A stretch of 20,000 bases of DNA, taken from assembly GCF_000181795.1 (NCBI RefSeq), contig NW_003526944.1, positions 4,912,789-4,932,788 of the forward strand. Reading direction: 5' to 3'. Below the pieces are notes generated by a model that worked only from the letters and a program-made list of their open reading frames with translations, made no database searches and was not told the origin of the DNA. Of the stretch, positions 1 through 10,453 are shown one piece after another; position 1 is the first letter of the stretch; each line of letters begins with the position of its first letter. This DNA comes from Trichinella spiralis. Lineage: Eukaryota. Made by a program: the position numbers and the translations under genes.

Positions 1-3000
1 GATCTTTATTCGTTGACGTGTCGTCTGACGTTGACTGTGAATATTGAGAAACTTCAACAAGGCGTTCAACCGTTCCACTTTGAAAATCGAAGCATCACTT
101 TGTCCGTAGATGAAAACGGACCTCTGGGTTAGTAGGATGTGGTTTGAAAATCAGAAATGCATTATACATAAAAATACGGCAATGCTTTTATTTTTCTGTT
201 TCAGACTTTGTTATTTACACAATGCCCAATAGTTGCAAATCGGCCGATTATCCCCTCTATGCATTTCACAGTATTAATTCTACATTTGAAGATATTTTTC
301 ATATAACTGAAAAAGTAAGTGAATTTTTGAATTTTATATTGTGAATTGTTAATTTTTTCTTTTATTTTTGTAATTCAATATTTTCAGGGTAGCTTGGTAG
401 TAAAAAAATCATTTGATTATGAAACAGATTTGCGGGATTATTTCTTCATTGTGCGGGGATCTTGCGGAGATGCATTTGATTACCTTTTGGTAAGTGTTGA
501 GATGTAAAATTTGTATGGAAAATAATAATAAAGTTTATTTAAAATTGTGCATTGCAATTACCTGAACAAAGTTTAAACGAAATATAGTTTAATAAAATTT
601 CAAATATTTATTTGATTGGATTGAAAATAAGTAAAAAATTTAAATTCTAAAAAATTATCATTGATCTATGGTTCTTTTTCTTGAAATATTTCTTGCGAGT
701 TTTGAGAAGAAAAGAAATTTTTTTCAGGTGAATCTTACAATCAGTGATATAAATGACAATATGCCAACATTTTCTCAGTCTCTTTACGTTCTTGAAGTAC
801 CTGAAGGCACTTATGAACGACGAGTTTCTATTGGTCACATTGCTGCAACAGATAAAGATAGCGGTCTGAATGCAGCATTGCATTATTCAATTTTAGAAAA
901 AAGTAGATTATCTAATTGTAGACCAATTTATCAGTTGAATGGAAATTTGTATTTTATCTTTTTAAGATGTACCTTTTGAAATTGATGACACTGGTACGGT
1001 GTACATTGTCGGTACTGCGGACAGAGAAGTAAATCCTTCGTATAATTTAACGGTGCAGGTAAAAAGTTATCGTTGAAACAAAATTTTCCAAATTTTCATA
1101 CATTTGGCACGGTGATTTCTATCTATTTTCAGGCAACAGACAGTGGAAATCCTCCACTGAGTGCAAGCACATCTCTGCATGTTGTCCTTGTGGATGTTAA
1201 TGACAACGCACCTTTGTTTTACAATTCACCATCCGAAGTGACTGTACAAGGGGAGATGGAACCTAACCAATTTGTTAGTTTTGTTTAGAAAAGATTTTCA
1301 CGGAAAATTAATCAATAATAAAATGCAAATGATTTAAGATTTGTCAAATCCAAGCAACAGACCCTGATTCGAATATGAACAGTGAATTGCAATATGATTT
1401 GATACCTACGAGTGATATTTTTATCATTGACAATAATAATGGTTTGTACTTTTTCTACATGTGGCTAGACATTGAATAATGATATATTTTTTTAACAAAT
1501 TCAGGTACAATACGCAGTGTGAAACCGCTAGCGTTGGAGAGAGGAAAAATTCATCATTTTATCGTCGTAGCAAGTGACCATGGTCAACCTCCGCTGATAT
1601 CTTATCACAACGTAAACTATTCAATATATATTAATAATAGTATTGTTGTTGTTGACGTATAATTTTTGAAAATCATTTTCAGTTGACTATAAAAATTGAT
1701 GATAATCATAATAATAATAACACTGATAACAATACTTCAATGATGAATACTGACCATAGTCTTTTTACAAAAACGCAAGATCAATCTTACGTTGTGAATG
1801 TTGAAATTGAAAATGGTAACTTTTTCCAAATTATAACATGATGATTTGTGATTGTTTGCTGAGAACAATGTATTTCAGAAGGTGATTTTACTGGCGAGCA
1901 AAATCTAGCTGAAGAATCGAATTTAACAGTGGATACAATTGAAAATATAGTTAGTATCTTTGTGATGAGAATATTTTTTTCAGTACATATTTTATTGTTA
2001 AGGTTTCCTACGTACAAAAACCCATTGATTGGAAGTCGGATGAAAGTTTATTCGACCAAAAAGAGTATTGGACAAGTGTAAAGGAAAATTTACCGCCTTT
2101 GCATTTTGTAATAGATTTGAATTGTTCATATGAGATTGCGAATATGCCGGTATTCTATCGATTTACTGCCGGAGACAGTGGTCATTGTTGTTTTACTATT
2201 TACATTTTGTAAAACTTTTGTTTATATTGTTTAATTTTAGGCAATTTTCATATTAATGAAACTGATGGAAAAATTTTCACCACAAATTCCCTAGATAGAG
2301 AGAACCGAAGCATGCATATTTTGACAGTGCAGTGCATGAAGCAAATGCCAAGAATTGCAAGAGATTCAGAGCAGAAAATAAATCTTTTCGGTGAGCAATT
2401 ATATTGTTGTTCTTTGTTTTTTTTTCTTTGGTTTTTTACAAAGCAACGTAAATAATTTCTTTTTATTTTAGGAGCATTTGATGTCAGCTTTGATTCTACA
2501 TTGGTTATTGTCAATGTATTGGATGAGAATGACAATCCGCCTGCATTTGTTGAATCAGATCCAATCTACTTTTTCTTCGTCAATCCAACAACAATGACCG
2601 ACAAGCAACGTGTCATTGGTAAAGTAAAAGCGGTTGATCCGGATATTAGCTCAACTGTGACGTACAGTGTGCTTCGACGAGCAGACGATGATTCTAAACT
2701 GTTTCGAGCTGATGAAAATGCTGGAACCATTTTTTGTACAAACCCAAATCGGCTATCTCTGATTGGTGATAGTCGGCCGTTGCGATTTTTGATTCAAGCA
2801 ACTGATTCGAAATATACCACTGCAAAAGAATGTCGAGTACGTGTGTTGTTGACCAAGCAATACAATTGCTAGTTTAATTGTGTAAAATAAAAAATAATAT
2901 TATTTTTATTATAAACAATCTACAATCTTTGCTTATAATGAAATGACTTTATTGTAGGTATTTATTTTGACACCTGAAAAACGAGCTACACTCACAGCTC

Positions 3001-3934
3001 TACGACTACCGGAATATATCAAGTCATACAAAAATTCATTACAAAGGTACTATTTATTTTGTATGTAGTTGTTGAAATTTTTCTGCTTTAATTTATTCAC
3101 ATATTTGAATGATAAACTTGATGATTATTTTCTTCATATTTAAACTGCTTGTATAATGAATAAATTTTATCCTAATTTCAGGAAAGCTGCTGAAATGATT
3201 GAATTGTACGTACATATTGATGAAGTGAGACCATTGAAAACGGTACTTGCTCAAGGGTAAATTGTTCATTCACCATCGACAACTTTGAATTATAATTTAA
3301 CAAGAAATTGTATTTTCAGATCTGAAATGGACGTCTATGCTGTTGATATAGAAAATATGCAGCTTTATTCAGGATACGCTTTATTTAGGTAGCATGTGAA
3401 ATTTTGTTGTTTAATGTTAAAATCACCTCAAAAGGTGCTGTATGTTTTTATTAAAAAAATTTTTTTTCAATAAACAAATTAATTTTTTTCTTTTCTATTC
3501 AAAAAAAATGACGATGAAGGGTTTTCTTTTTCAAATTTTAGGCGTATGGAATCTGTTATGTCAGACTTGCAGAAACAGCTGGATCATTTGAGAATTATTG
3601 GAATTGAAACGGATCTAGTTTCTTCACGGAAAGAACATCCTGTGAAAAACGCAGTCGCTTTGGGAACAACGGAAATAATTCTAGCTGCAGTTTGTTTGGT
3701 GATTGTAATTGCAGTTTGCACTGGCATGGCATTTTTGATCCGTTGGTTCAGGCGAGTTCAGGTTCAGCATTGAAAAAATTAATTACAAATAATAAATCGA
3801 TGTTTCAGGATGAAGACATCTCAGCCATTGGAAAACAAGATGATTTGTCAAAACAGTGCGTCAAAAAAATGGGATTTTCAATCAGAAGGGAATTATTACC
3901 AAAGCGTACGATAAAATTGCTTGGAATGAAATGA
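1..3934 (+). CDS. Multi-exon cadherin-superfamily protein, 5'-partial: several cadherin repeats, a membrane-adjacent domain, a TM helix and a short tail (Cad89D/Cad87A/CDH23-PCDH15-like architecture)
   Basis: Hand-spliced GT-AG exons that keep frame: <1-127, 205-314, 388-489, 728-902, 967-1058, 1133-1273, 1339-1441, 1505-1611, 1683-1815, 1879-1949, 2003-2180, 2241-2390, 2472-2836, 2958-3046, 3182-3256, 3320-3388, 3542-~3755, and a probable last exon from 3809. Cadherin Ca-binding motifs are DINDNMPTF, ATDKDSGLN, FDYE, ADRE, DVNDNAPLF, ATDPDS, LDRE, DENDNPPAF and AVDPD. The TM segment IILAAVCLVIVIAVCTGMAFLI is followed by RWFRR. The 3' end is uncertain. Confidence 0.93.
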
Positions 3935-4223
3935 AATGAAATGACAAAGCAATGGAATAATCATCATTTAATTAACATTAATTGGCCATAAGCATGTTTC
4001 AGTGCCTTGGATGCTGAGAAAAGCGGGTAAAATTTGTAAGTTCAGAAAACTGTACTAGAAGTTACACTATTCTATTTCGATTATTATCAAAGTAGCAATA
4101 AATTTCATCATCAATGTACGTCTTATTTATTAATACATGTGAATGTCATTTCTTGATAATAAAATGAATTTTAAAAAATTGCATACTCTTACTATTTGAA
4201 ATGGTTGGCGATGCTTGGCATCG

Positions 4224-4745
4224 TTAATGTGAAGGATGTGTTTGATGAGCAGCTGCAAGGGCATTGATATTAGGCTGGAAATTGGTGAGTTTCATGCGCA
4301 AGTCTCGACACATTTCCAGGTTCAGTCTGTTTCTTTGCTTTGATAAAATCGCATTTACCAATTCATCTGATGTGACGAAAGACACGAAAATATCTGACAA
4401 AAGCCAATGCAACACATTTATAAAACTCTTAGAACAAAGCCGCATTTTGTCTAACTGGCGTCTAAACGACCAGTAAGAAAAGGTGGTGAAAATTTAGCCT
4501 GAAGTCAAAAATACTCTTCGCATCGCGCAAAATAAATTTCTGGTAGTGTCTGTTGATAGTTCAGAAAAGTATAAATTATTATTACAAAATAGTTGTCGAC
4601 GAAATAAATTACTCAGATGGGATTTCAAAGTTCATATTCGATCCAGGAGTTCATCAACTCCCATTGGACCCCTAAGCCTTTAAAGACCCCTTAGAGAGTC
4701 CCATCGACCCCAAGGGGTCGATATCGACCACTTTGACTACCGCTA
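4224..4745 (-). mobile_element. Internally deleted, degenerate hAT (Buster/Charlie-like) DNA transposon remnant
   Basis: The minus-strand peptide ending ...AILSKQRNRLNLEMCRDLRMKLTNFQPNINALAAAHQTHPSH* (4224-~4360) resembles the K-x-RNRL...DLR..L....P.I..L....Q.H.SH C-terminus of Buster/Charlie/ZBED5-type transposases. The terminus reads tagcggtagtcaaagtggtcg on the - strand from 4745. It is flanked by acctaaat (4746-4753), an 8-mer with a central TA. Subterminal gacccc repeats and palindromes occupy 4667-4729. No matching second TIR was found. Confidence 0.7.
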
Positions 4746-5912
4746 ACCTAAATGTTTGATGGTAATATAAAATATTACGCAGTATAGAGAATAACAATCT
4801 CAATTTTTTCACAAATAATTGAATATACTATTAAGCTAATTCAGCCATTAATGCTAATTGAACTTGATGAAATGAATTTTTATATTAATTGCATTGTTAA
4901 GCACTTTAAATGCCTTTAAGCAAAATAACTTTCATTATAACAGGAAAATTAATAAAAGTACACTTTTGATTTATGCTGTTTTGCTCTTACTTCTCACTCT
5001 TATCTATTTGCTCAAAATTTGGTTTTCTTACTTTCACACTATACTGCAGAATGTCGCCTTCATACTCAGTTATTTTGCCGCCATAACAGGAGGTGCGTAA
5101 TAACACTCTTGCATATCGTCTATGATTAAAAGGTAAGTGATATTCGAGAATGTGCAGATATTCTAGGGATGATTTGCCTAATTTGACTAAAAAATTTTGG
5201 TTTTTACGCTATTATTAATAACAGTGAAATATTCCCATCCCAATATTACTCTCATTTCTTATAGATGCTGCAGATGCACAACTACCACAACAACATAGCC
5301 ATTAATGGAATCTTCAAAAGGCAATTCATCATTTTCCTACATGCTAAAACCATTTGCATATTAAAAACAAGTAAGTAATACAATAATTATATTGTTATGT
5401 GTTATGTCATTTGCATGAATATTATCAGATAAACAAACACGCAATAGCCATGTTATACAAAGTAATTGAAGACAAATAATAGTGCATAATAGTAATACTA
5501 AAACTCATGCGCTTTGTTTTTAAATTTCTGATTTGTAATTACTTTTCCAGAGTAGGATGTGTTGGAAATGTATACATAGCTCTGACAGAGGAAGAAAGAC
5601 AATATGTAAATGGAAGACATTGTCTTACTTGCATTTTACTTATTTCGAAATTTTGAAACCTTCTACTAATTCACAACATTCAACGTAAAAATCGAAGAGT
5701 GACTAGTGCCCAGAAATTAAATAACGGTATGTATACAATAGCGTTGATAAGAGATGACTTGTGCTGCCCTTTCCCATTGGGAAAATTTTATGCAACTCTC
5801 ACTAATGCGAAAAGCCTCTTTTATTGACAATGTGCCCCAGAAGTGCTAAACAGAAATAATAGATAGAGTGTCGTTTACTAGCAACTTGACAGTAACCAGA
5901 TTTCTACGATAG

Positions 5913-8608
5913 ATGACACCAGGAATTTCGACTTTTCAAAAAAGCAAGGNNNNNNNNNNCCAAATGGATGATGTCAGGATGAAAATATTTCAAACATGTT
6001 TTAAATTTAATTTTAGAATCGCGAGCACGAACATACACCCAAAGTCACGCGTGACGCGGGAGCAACGCGCTCAAGCGTTGGGCAAATATCAAATTTCGTG
6101 GATGCACCATCTGAGTTACAAGGTTTATATATTTCTTTTTTCAAATTAAATTGTTTAAAATAATTGTTCATTGGTTTTTCAGGTTTGAGTGGATCAGGAA
6201 AGACGACAATTTCATTCGCATTGGGAAAAAAGTGCTATGATCCGTCGGCTTGCCTGCTTATGGCTTGGACGGTGACAACATGAGACATGGGATTTGCAAA
6301 AATTTAGGCTTCTCTGAAGAAGATCGAGAAGAGAACTTTCGTCGAGTAGCAGAAGTGGCGAAACTGTTTGCAGATCTAGGCATCATCGCTCTCGCTTCAT
6401 TTATCAGTCCATTTGAAAGAGTAAGCTGTTGTTGTTGTTGTTTATTGGTTTCATCAAGTCGATTGGTTTCAGGATCGTCGTAGAGCTCGTAAAATACACG
6501 AGGATAGTGGTTTAATATTTATCGAATGTTTCATTGACACACCGTTGGAAGTGTGCGAACGTCGCGATCCCAAAGGATTATATGAGAAAGCGCGTGTTGG
6601 GAAAATTTTGGATTTTACCGGCATTGATTCGGCTTATGAAGTTCCAGAGAATCCAGAACTGATTTTACACGCTGCCGAAGAGACGGTCATTCAGTGTGTA
6701 CAAAGAGTATTACAGTATCTGCACGAACGAGTAAGCAGAGTTGAATGAAAATTGTTAATATATATATATATATATATATATATTAGCATAATTGTAATGC
6801 CCGTTGCAGGGAATTTTCCCAGACGAAGCGTTGATGCGCCTCGGTGGCAAAGTGCGTGAATTGTTTGTCGACGAAAGCGAACGACTCAGACTGGAGGCAA
6901 GCTTGTCGCAGATGCCGAAGCTGAGCTTAGAAAAGGTGTAAGGATATTGTTCTGATTGTATAACATCGAACGCCATGTTCTTTCCTAGATCGACCTGCAA
7001 TGGCTGCAGGTATTGTCTGAAGGTTGGGCGACACCGTTGTCCGGTTTCATGACCGAAACGCAATATTTGCAAACGTTGCATTTCAATCAGCTAATTGAAG
7101 GTAATTAATTAATTAATAATTATTTGAAAATTTAATTATTTCTAAATTTTCAGAAAATACAATCAGCCAATCGATTCCAATAGTACTGCCTGTAACCAGC
7201 GAAGAGAAAGCGAAGCTAGAAAATGCCGATTTGATCGCACTTTGCTACGACGGACACACGATGGCCATTTTGCTGAAGCCAGAATTTTACCCGCATCGTA
7301 AAGAGGAACGATGTGCCAGACAATTTGGCACCTGTCATCTTGGCCATCCGACGGTGAAGGTAAATGATGAAATGAAATTATTCTCACGGTTTGTGTTTTC
7401 AGCATGTTCGGGATTAATGTTGAAAATTTTTTGATGAATTTTAAATTTGTGTCATTTTTCAAGATGATCATGCAAGCCGGCGATTGGTCTAGTTGGCGGA
7501 TAAGTGAAAACTTTGAAACCTATAAAGTGGAACGACGGTTTGGAGCAGAACCGTTTGNNNNNNNNNNNNNNNNNNNNNNNNNNNNNNNNNNNNNNNNNNN
7601 NNNNNNNNNNNNNNNNNNNNNNNNNNNNNNNNNNNNNNNNNNNNNNNNNNNNNNNNNNNNNNNNNNNNNNNNNNNNNNNNNNNNNNNNNNNNNNNNNNNN
7701 NNNNNNNNNNNNNNNNNNNNNNNNNNNNNNNNNNNNNNNNNNNNNNNNNNNNNNNNNNNNNNNNNNNNNNNNNNNNNNNNNNNNNNNNNNNNNNNNNNNN
7801 NNNNNNNNNNNNNNNNNNNNNNNNNNNNNNNNNNNNNNNNNNNNNNNNNNNNNNNNNNNNNNNNNNNNNNNNNNNNNNNNNNNNNNNNNNNNNNNNNNNN
7901 NNNNNNNNNNNNNNNNNNNNNNNNNNNNNNNNNNNNNNNNNNNNNNNNNNNNNNNNNNNNNNNNNNNNNNNNNNNNNNNNNNNNNNNNNNNNNNNNNNNN
8001 NNNNNNNNNNNNNNNNNNNNNNNNNNNNNNNNNNNNNNNNNNNNNNNNNNNNNNNNNNNNNNNNNNNNNNNNNNNNNNNNNNNNNNNNNNNNNNNNNNNN
8101 NNNNNNNNNNNNNNNNNNNNNNNNNNNNNNNNNNNNNNNNNNNNNNNNNNNNNNNNNNNNNNNNNNNNNNNNNNNNNNNNNNNNNNNNNNNNNNNNNNNN
8201 NNNNNNNNNNNNNNNNNNNNNNNNNNNNNNNNNNNNNNNNNNNNNNNNNNNNNNNNNNNNNNNNNNNNNNNNNNNNNNNNNNNNNNNNNNNNNNNNNNNN
8301 NNNNNNNNNNNNNNNNNNNNNNNNNNNNNNNNAAAATGCAATTTTCATTACAACGCAGATTTGTTCCATGACACCCGGCCTTGGGTGATGTGGAAATTTT
8401 ACCATCAAAGTGGCTGCCTATAATAAACGAACGCAACAGATGGATTTATTTCGATCCCAGTCGAAAAGAGGAATTCGATTTCATCTCCGGATCGAGGATG
8501 CGAAAAATTGCTCGAGAAGGTGCCCAACCGCCGGACGGATTCATGGCACCCAAAGCTTGGGAAGTTCTTGCCAACTATTATCGCAGCTTACAAAATACTG
8601 TACAATAA
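5913..8608 (+). CDS. PAPSS: Bifunctional 3'-phosphoadenosine 5'-phosphosulfate synthase (APS kinase + ATP sulfurylase), gapped, with apparent frameshifts near contig ends
   Basis: Exons are ~6017-6122, 6183-6420, 6473-6730, 6810-6935, 6989-7100, 7154-7359, 7464-gap and 8359-8608. The APS kinase motifs are the P-loop [36 protein letters not shown] and FTGIDSAYE. The sulfurylase motifs are [47 protein letters not shown], and [24 protein letters not shown]. The ATG at 5913 is tentative because a 10-N gap follows it. This is the nematode pps-1 orthologue by recognition. Confidence 0.95.
6758..6783. repeat. (TA)n microsatellite in a PAPSS intron
   Basis: Uninterrupted atatat... run within intron 6731-6809. 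Confidence 0.95.
7558..8332. other. Assembly gap (N run) hiding the core of the ATP sulfurylase domain
   Basis: Continuous N run. Other gaps lie at 5950-5959, 11825-12063 and 17654-17663. Confidence 1.
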
Positions 8609-9337
8609 TAATCTACAAAAGCAAAGCAATAAGAAGAAAAAGAACACAAGCATTAAACATATGAAAGCATGATTGAGAAACTTTATCACATCGATTCGAT
8701 TGTTTTTTTTTGTTTTTCTGGTAATATGATTTGGTTCTATATCCGTGCCTGCCTTTTTTTCTTACAAGAAATGTTTTACCAAATTTTATCATATATCTTG
8801 GTACAGTTTCATTCATTGTTCGTTATGGATGTGTTTATATTAAAAATTATCACGATAATCTGTAAATTTTGATTTTATTATTTCGTTTCTTTCGTGTTAA
8901 CTTTAACCTGCGCACAGTCCCTTTTTGAAACTGGGAAACACAGCCAATTGGAAAAAAATCAATAATTCTTGAAAATAAGTTTGATACAGTATGCTTGACA
9001 GAAAAAGTATACGATATTCAAGGTTTACATTTGCAATTATATACTACAGTTGAGCAAAATAATGGAAAATCACAAATAAAAAAGATCGAATTTTGGACGG
9101 ATATTTTCTTTTATTTAGCATAAATGTCTAGTGAAACAAAAAAATCGCCACTGAAGGACACGAAAATACTAAAAAAACAAAATGGAGCGAGACACAGTGA
9201 GCCAATTTATTGTACAAGTTTGAAATTTGAAAACTTATCAATTGCCCCATTTGAAAAAATCAATCCTATGCCAGACGCAAAATGGAACTTTGAAAAGTAA
9301 AAGCAATAAATAATTGAACAAAAAGAGAAATAAGTTC

Positions 9338-10453
9338 TTACGCTGTATTGGCAGTGTAAATGATTTTGTAGCCGAATTTTTCACTTCTGCTGCTCGTCTG
9401 CGGCTTGGCACAAGTACAGCTTACCGGCAAGAAGAGAAGCACATTTTGGCCGGGCTTGACGTCGGTGAGCATGTCGAGCTCGCAGTCGACCAGGTTCGGA
9501 TCTCGTTCCAGAACGTCCAAAGGCAAAAATGAGTGCAATTTCAGCCGGCTCAGCGGTTCGCAATGTTCGTGGATGTGCACCAGAAGCGCTATTGTGCAAG
9601 TGTCGCATTCTGGCCGTACAGCTTCGGTATGTTTGGGCGCCAGCCGTGGATGGACGACGTCTTCAACATTTGCAATAAGCTGTTGTTCTTGCTGCTGTTG
9701 TTGTTGTTGTTGTTGTTGCTTGCGTTTAGCTTTGATGGGAATTTTGACTTGGAAAAAATGCATTCTCTGTATGTGCCTTTTCAGCTGAATGCTGTCGACG
9801 ACCTGCTCACAGTGGATGCAGACTCGCTTGCCGGGCTCCAACTGCTTGGGAGAACCTGGAACTCGTTGCTCTTTGTGCACTCTTCTGCAATGCCGTTCCA
9901 CTTGTACCCGTTGACCGAACAACTGTCGACAGACCACACATTTCCAACGCAGGCGACCATGCTGCGATTGGTAATGGATTTCCAGCACGAATCTCCTTCT
10001 GAATGCCATGTTGCAGTAGCAGCAGACGAAAGTCCGCTTACCGCTGTGCCACTGGATGTGGTTGTCGAACTGTTGTCTGGTGGAAAAATTAGTCCTGCCA
10101 CAGATTTTGCATCGATAATTGGGCTGGTCGGTCGAAACGCCGGCACCGCTGTGCATCACCTTGCAATGGCGGTGACGTTCGTATGCGGTGCGGAACAGTT
10201 TCAAGCAGACCAAACATTTGAACCATTTTTCGGCAGATGACGACGAACTCGACATGTGGAATCTTTCCACGTGACGGTCCAGATGTGGTTTTTGCTTGAA
10301 AGCGAGCTCGCACTGCTGACACTGATATGGACGTTGGTCATTATGACAAAGCATGTGACGAAGAAGATGACTGCGCCGGGCGAACGCCTTCTTGCACAGT
10401 TTGCACTGTTTCTCATTTGTGCCCTCACTTTCACCACTTTCCTGCTGGTCCAT
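9338..10453 (-). CDS. C2H2 zinc-finger protein (about seven fingers, a poly-Q tract and a Cys/His-containing C-terminal region), single long exon
   Basis: The first ATG (MDQQES) is at 10453 within the track ORF 9338-10510, which opens at TTG. The fingers are CKLC..HMLCH, CQQC..HVERFH, CLVC..HCKVMH, CKIC..HIQWH, CCYC..HYQSQH, CVVC..HCRRVH and CIHC..HIQRMH. The linkers HNDQRPYQC and HSGKRTFVC resemble TGEKP. Confidence 0.9.
   Translation of the reverse strand: MDQQESGESEGTNEKQCKLCKKAFARRSHLLRHMLCHNDQRPYQCQQCELAFKQKPHLDRHVERFHMSSSSSSAEKWFKCLVCLKLFRTAYERHRHCKVMHSGAGVSTDQPNYRCKICGRTNFSTRQQFDNHIQWHSGKRTFVCCYCNMAFRRRFVLEIHYQSQHGRLRWKCVVCRQLFGQRVQVERHCRRVHKEQRVPGSPKQLEPGKRVCIHCEQVVDSIQLKRHIQRMHFFQVKIPIKAKRKQQQQQQQQQQEQQLIANVEDVVHPRLAPKHTEAVRPECDTCTIALLVHIHEHCEPLSRLKLHSFLPLDVLERDPNLVDCELDMLTDVKPGQNVLLFLPVSCTCAKPQTSSRSEKFGYKIIYTANTA
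9678..9719 (-). repeat. CAA/CAG trinucleotide tract encoding poly-Q in the zinc-finger protein
   Basis: The + strand (ttg/ctg)n run encodes KQQQQQQQQQQEQQL on the - strand. Confidence 0.9.

Noticed and set aside
4894..5100. 68-aa hydrophobic ORF as a small membrane protein
   Set aside because: It starts at TTG, T-rich DNA readily yields Leu/Ile/Phe runs, and there is no recognisable motif.
6105..6240. In-frame TGA codons in PAPSS as possible selenocysteine or readthrough
   Set aside because: They coincide with indels near a contig end, a TAA lesion occurs at 7501 in the same kind of context, and the aligned residue at the first TGA is normally Trp.
7404..8436. Long ORFs of 270-340 aa in the track (also 11650-12086)
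   Set aside because: They consist almost entirely of X translated from N gaps.
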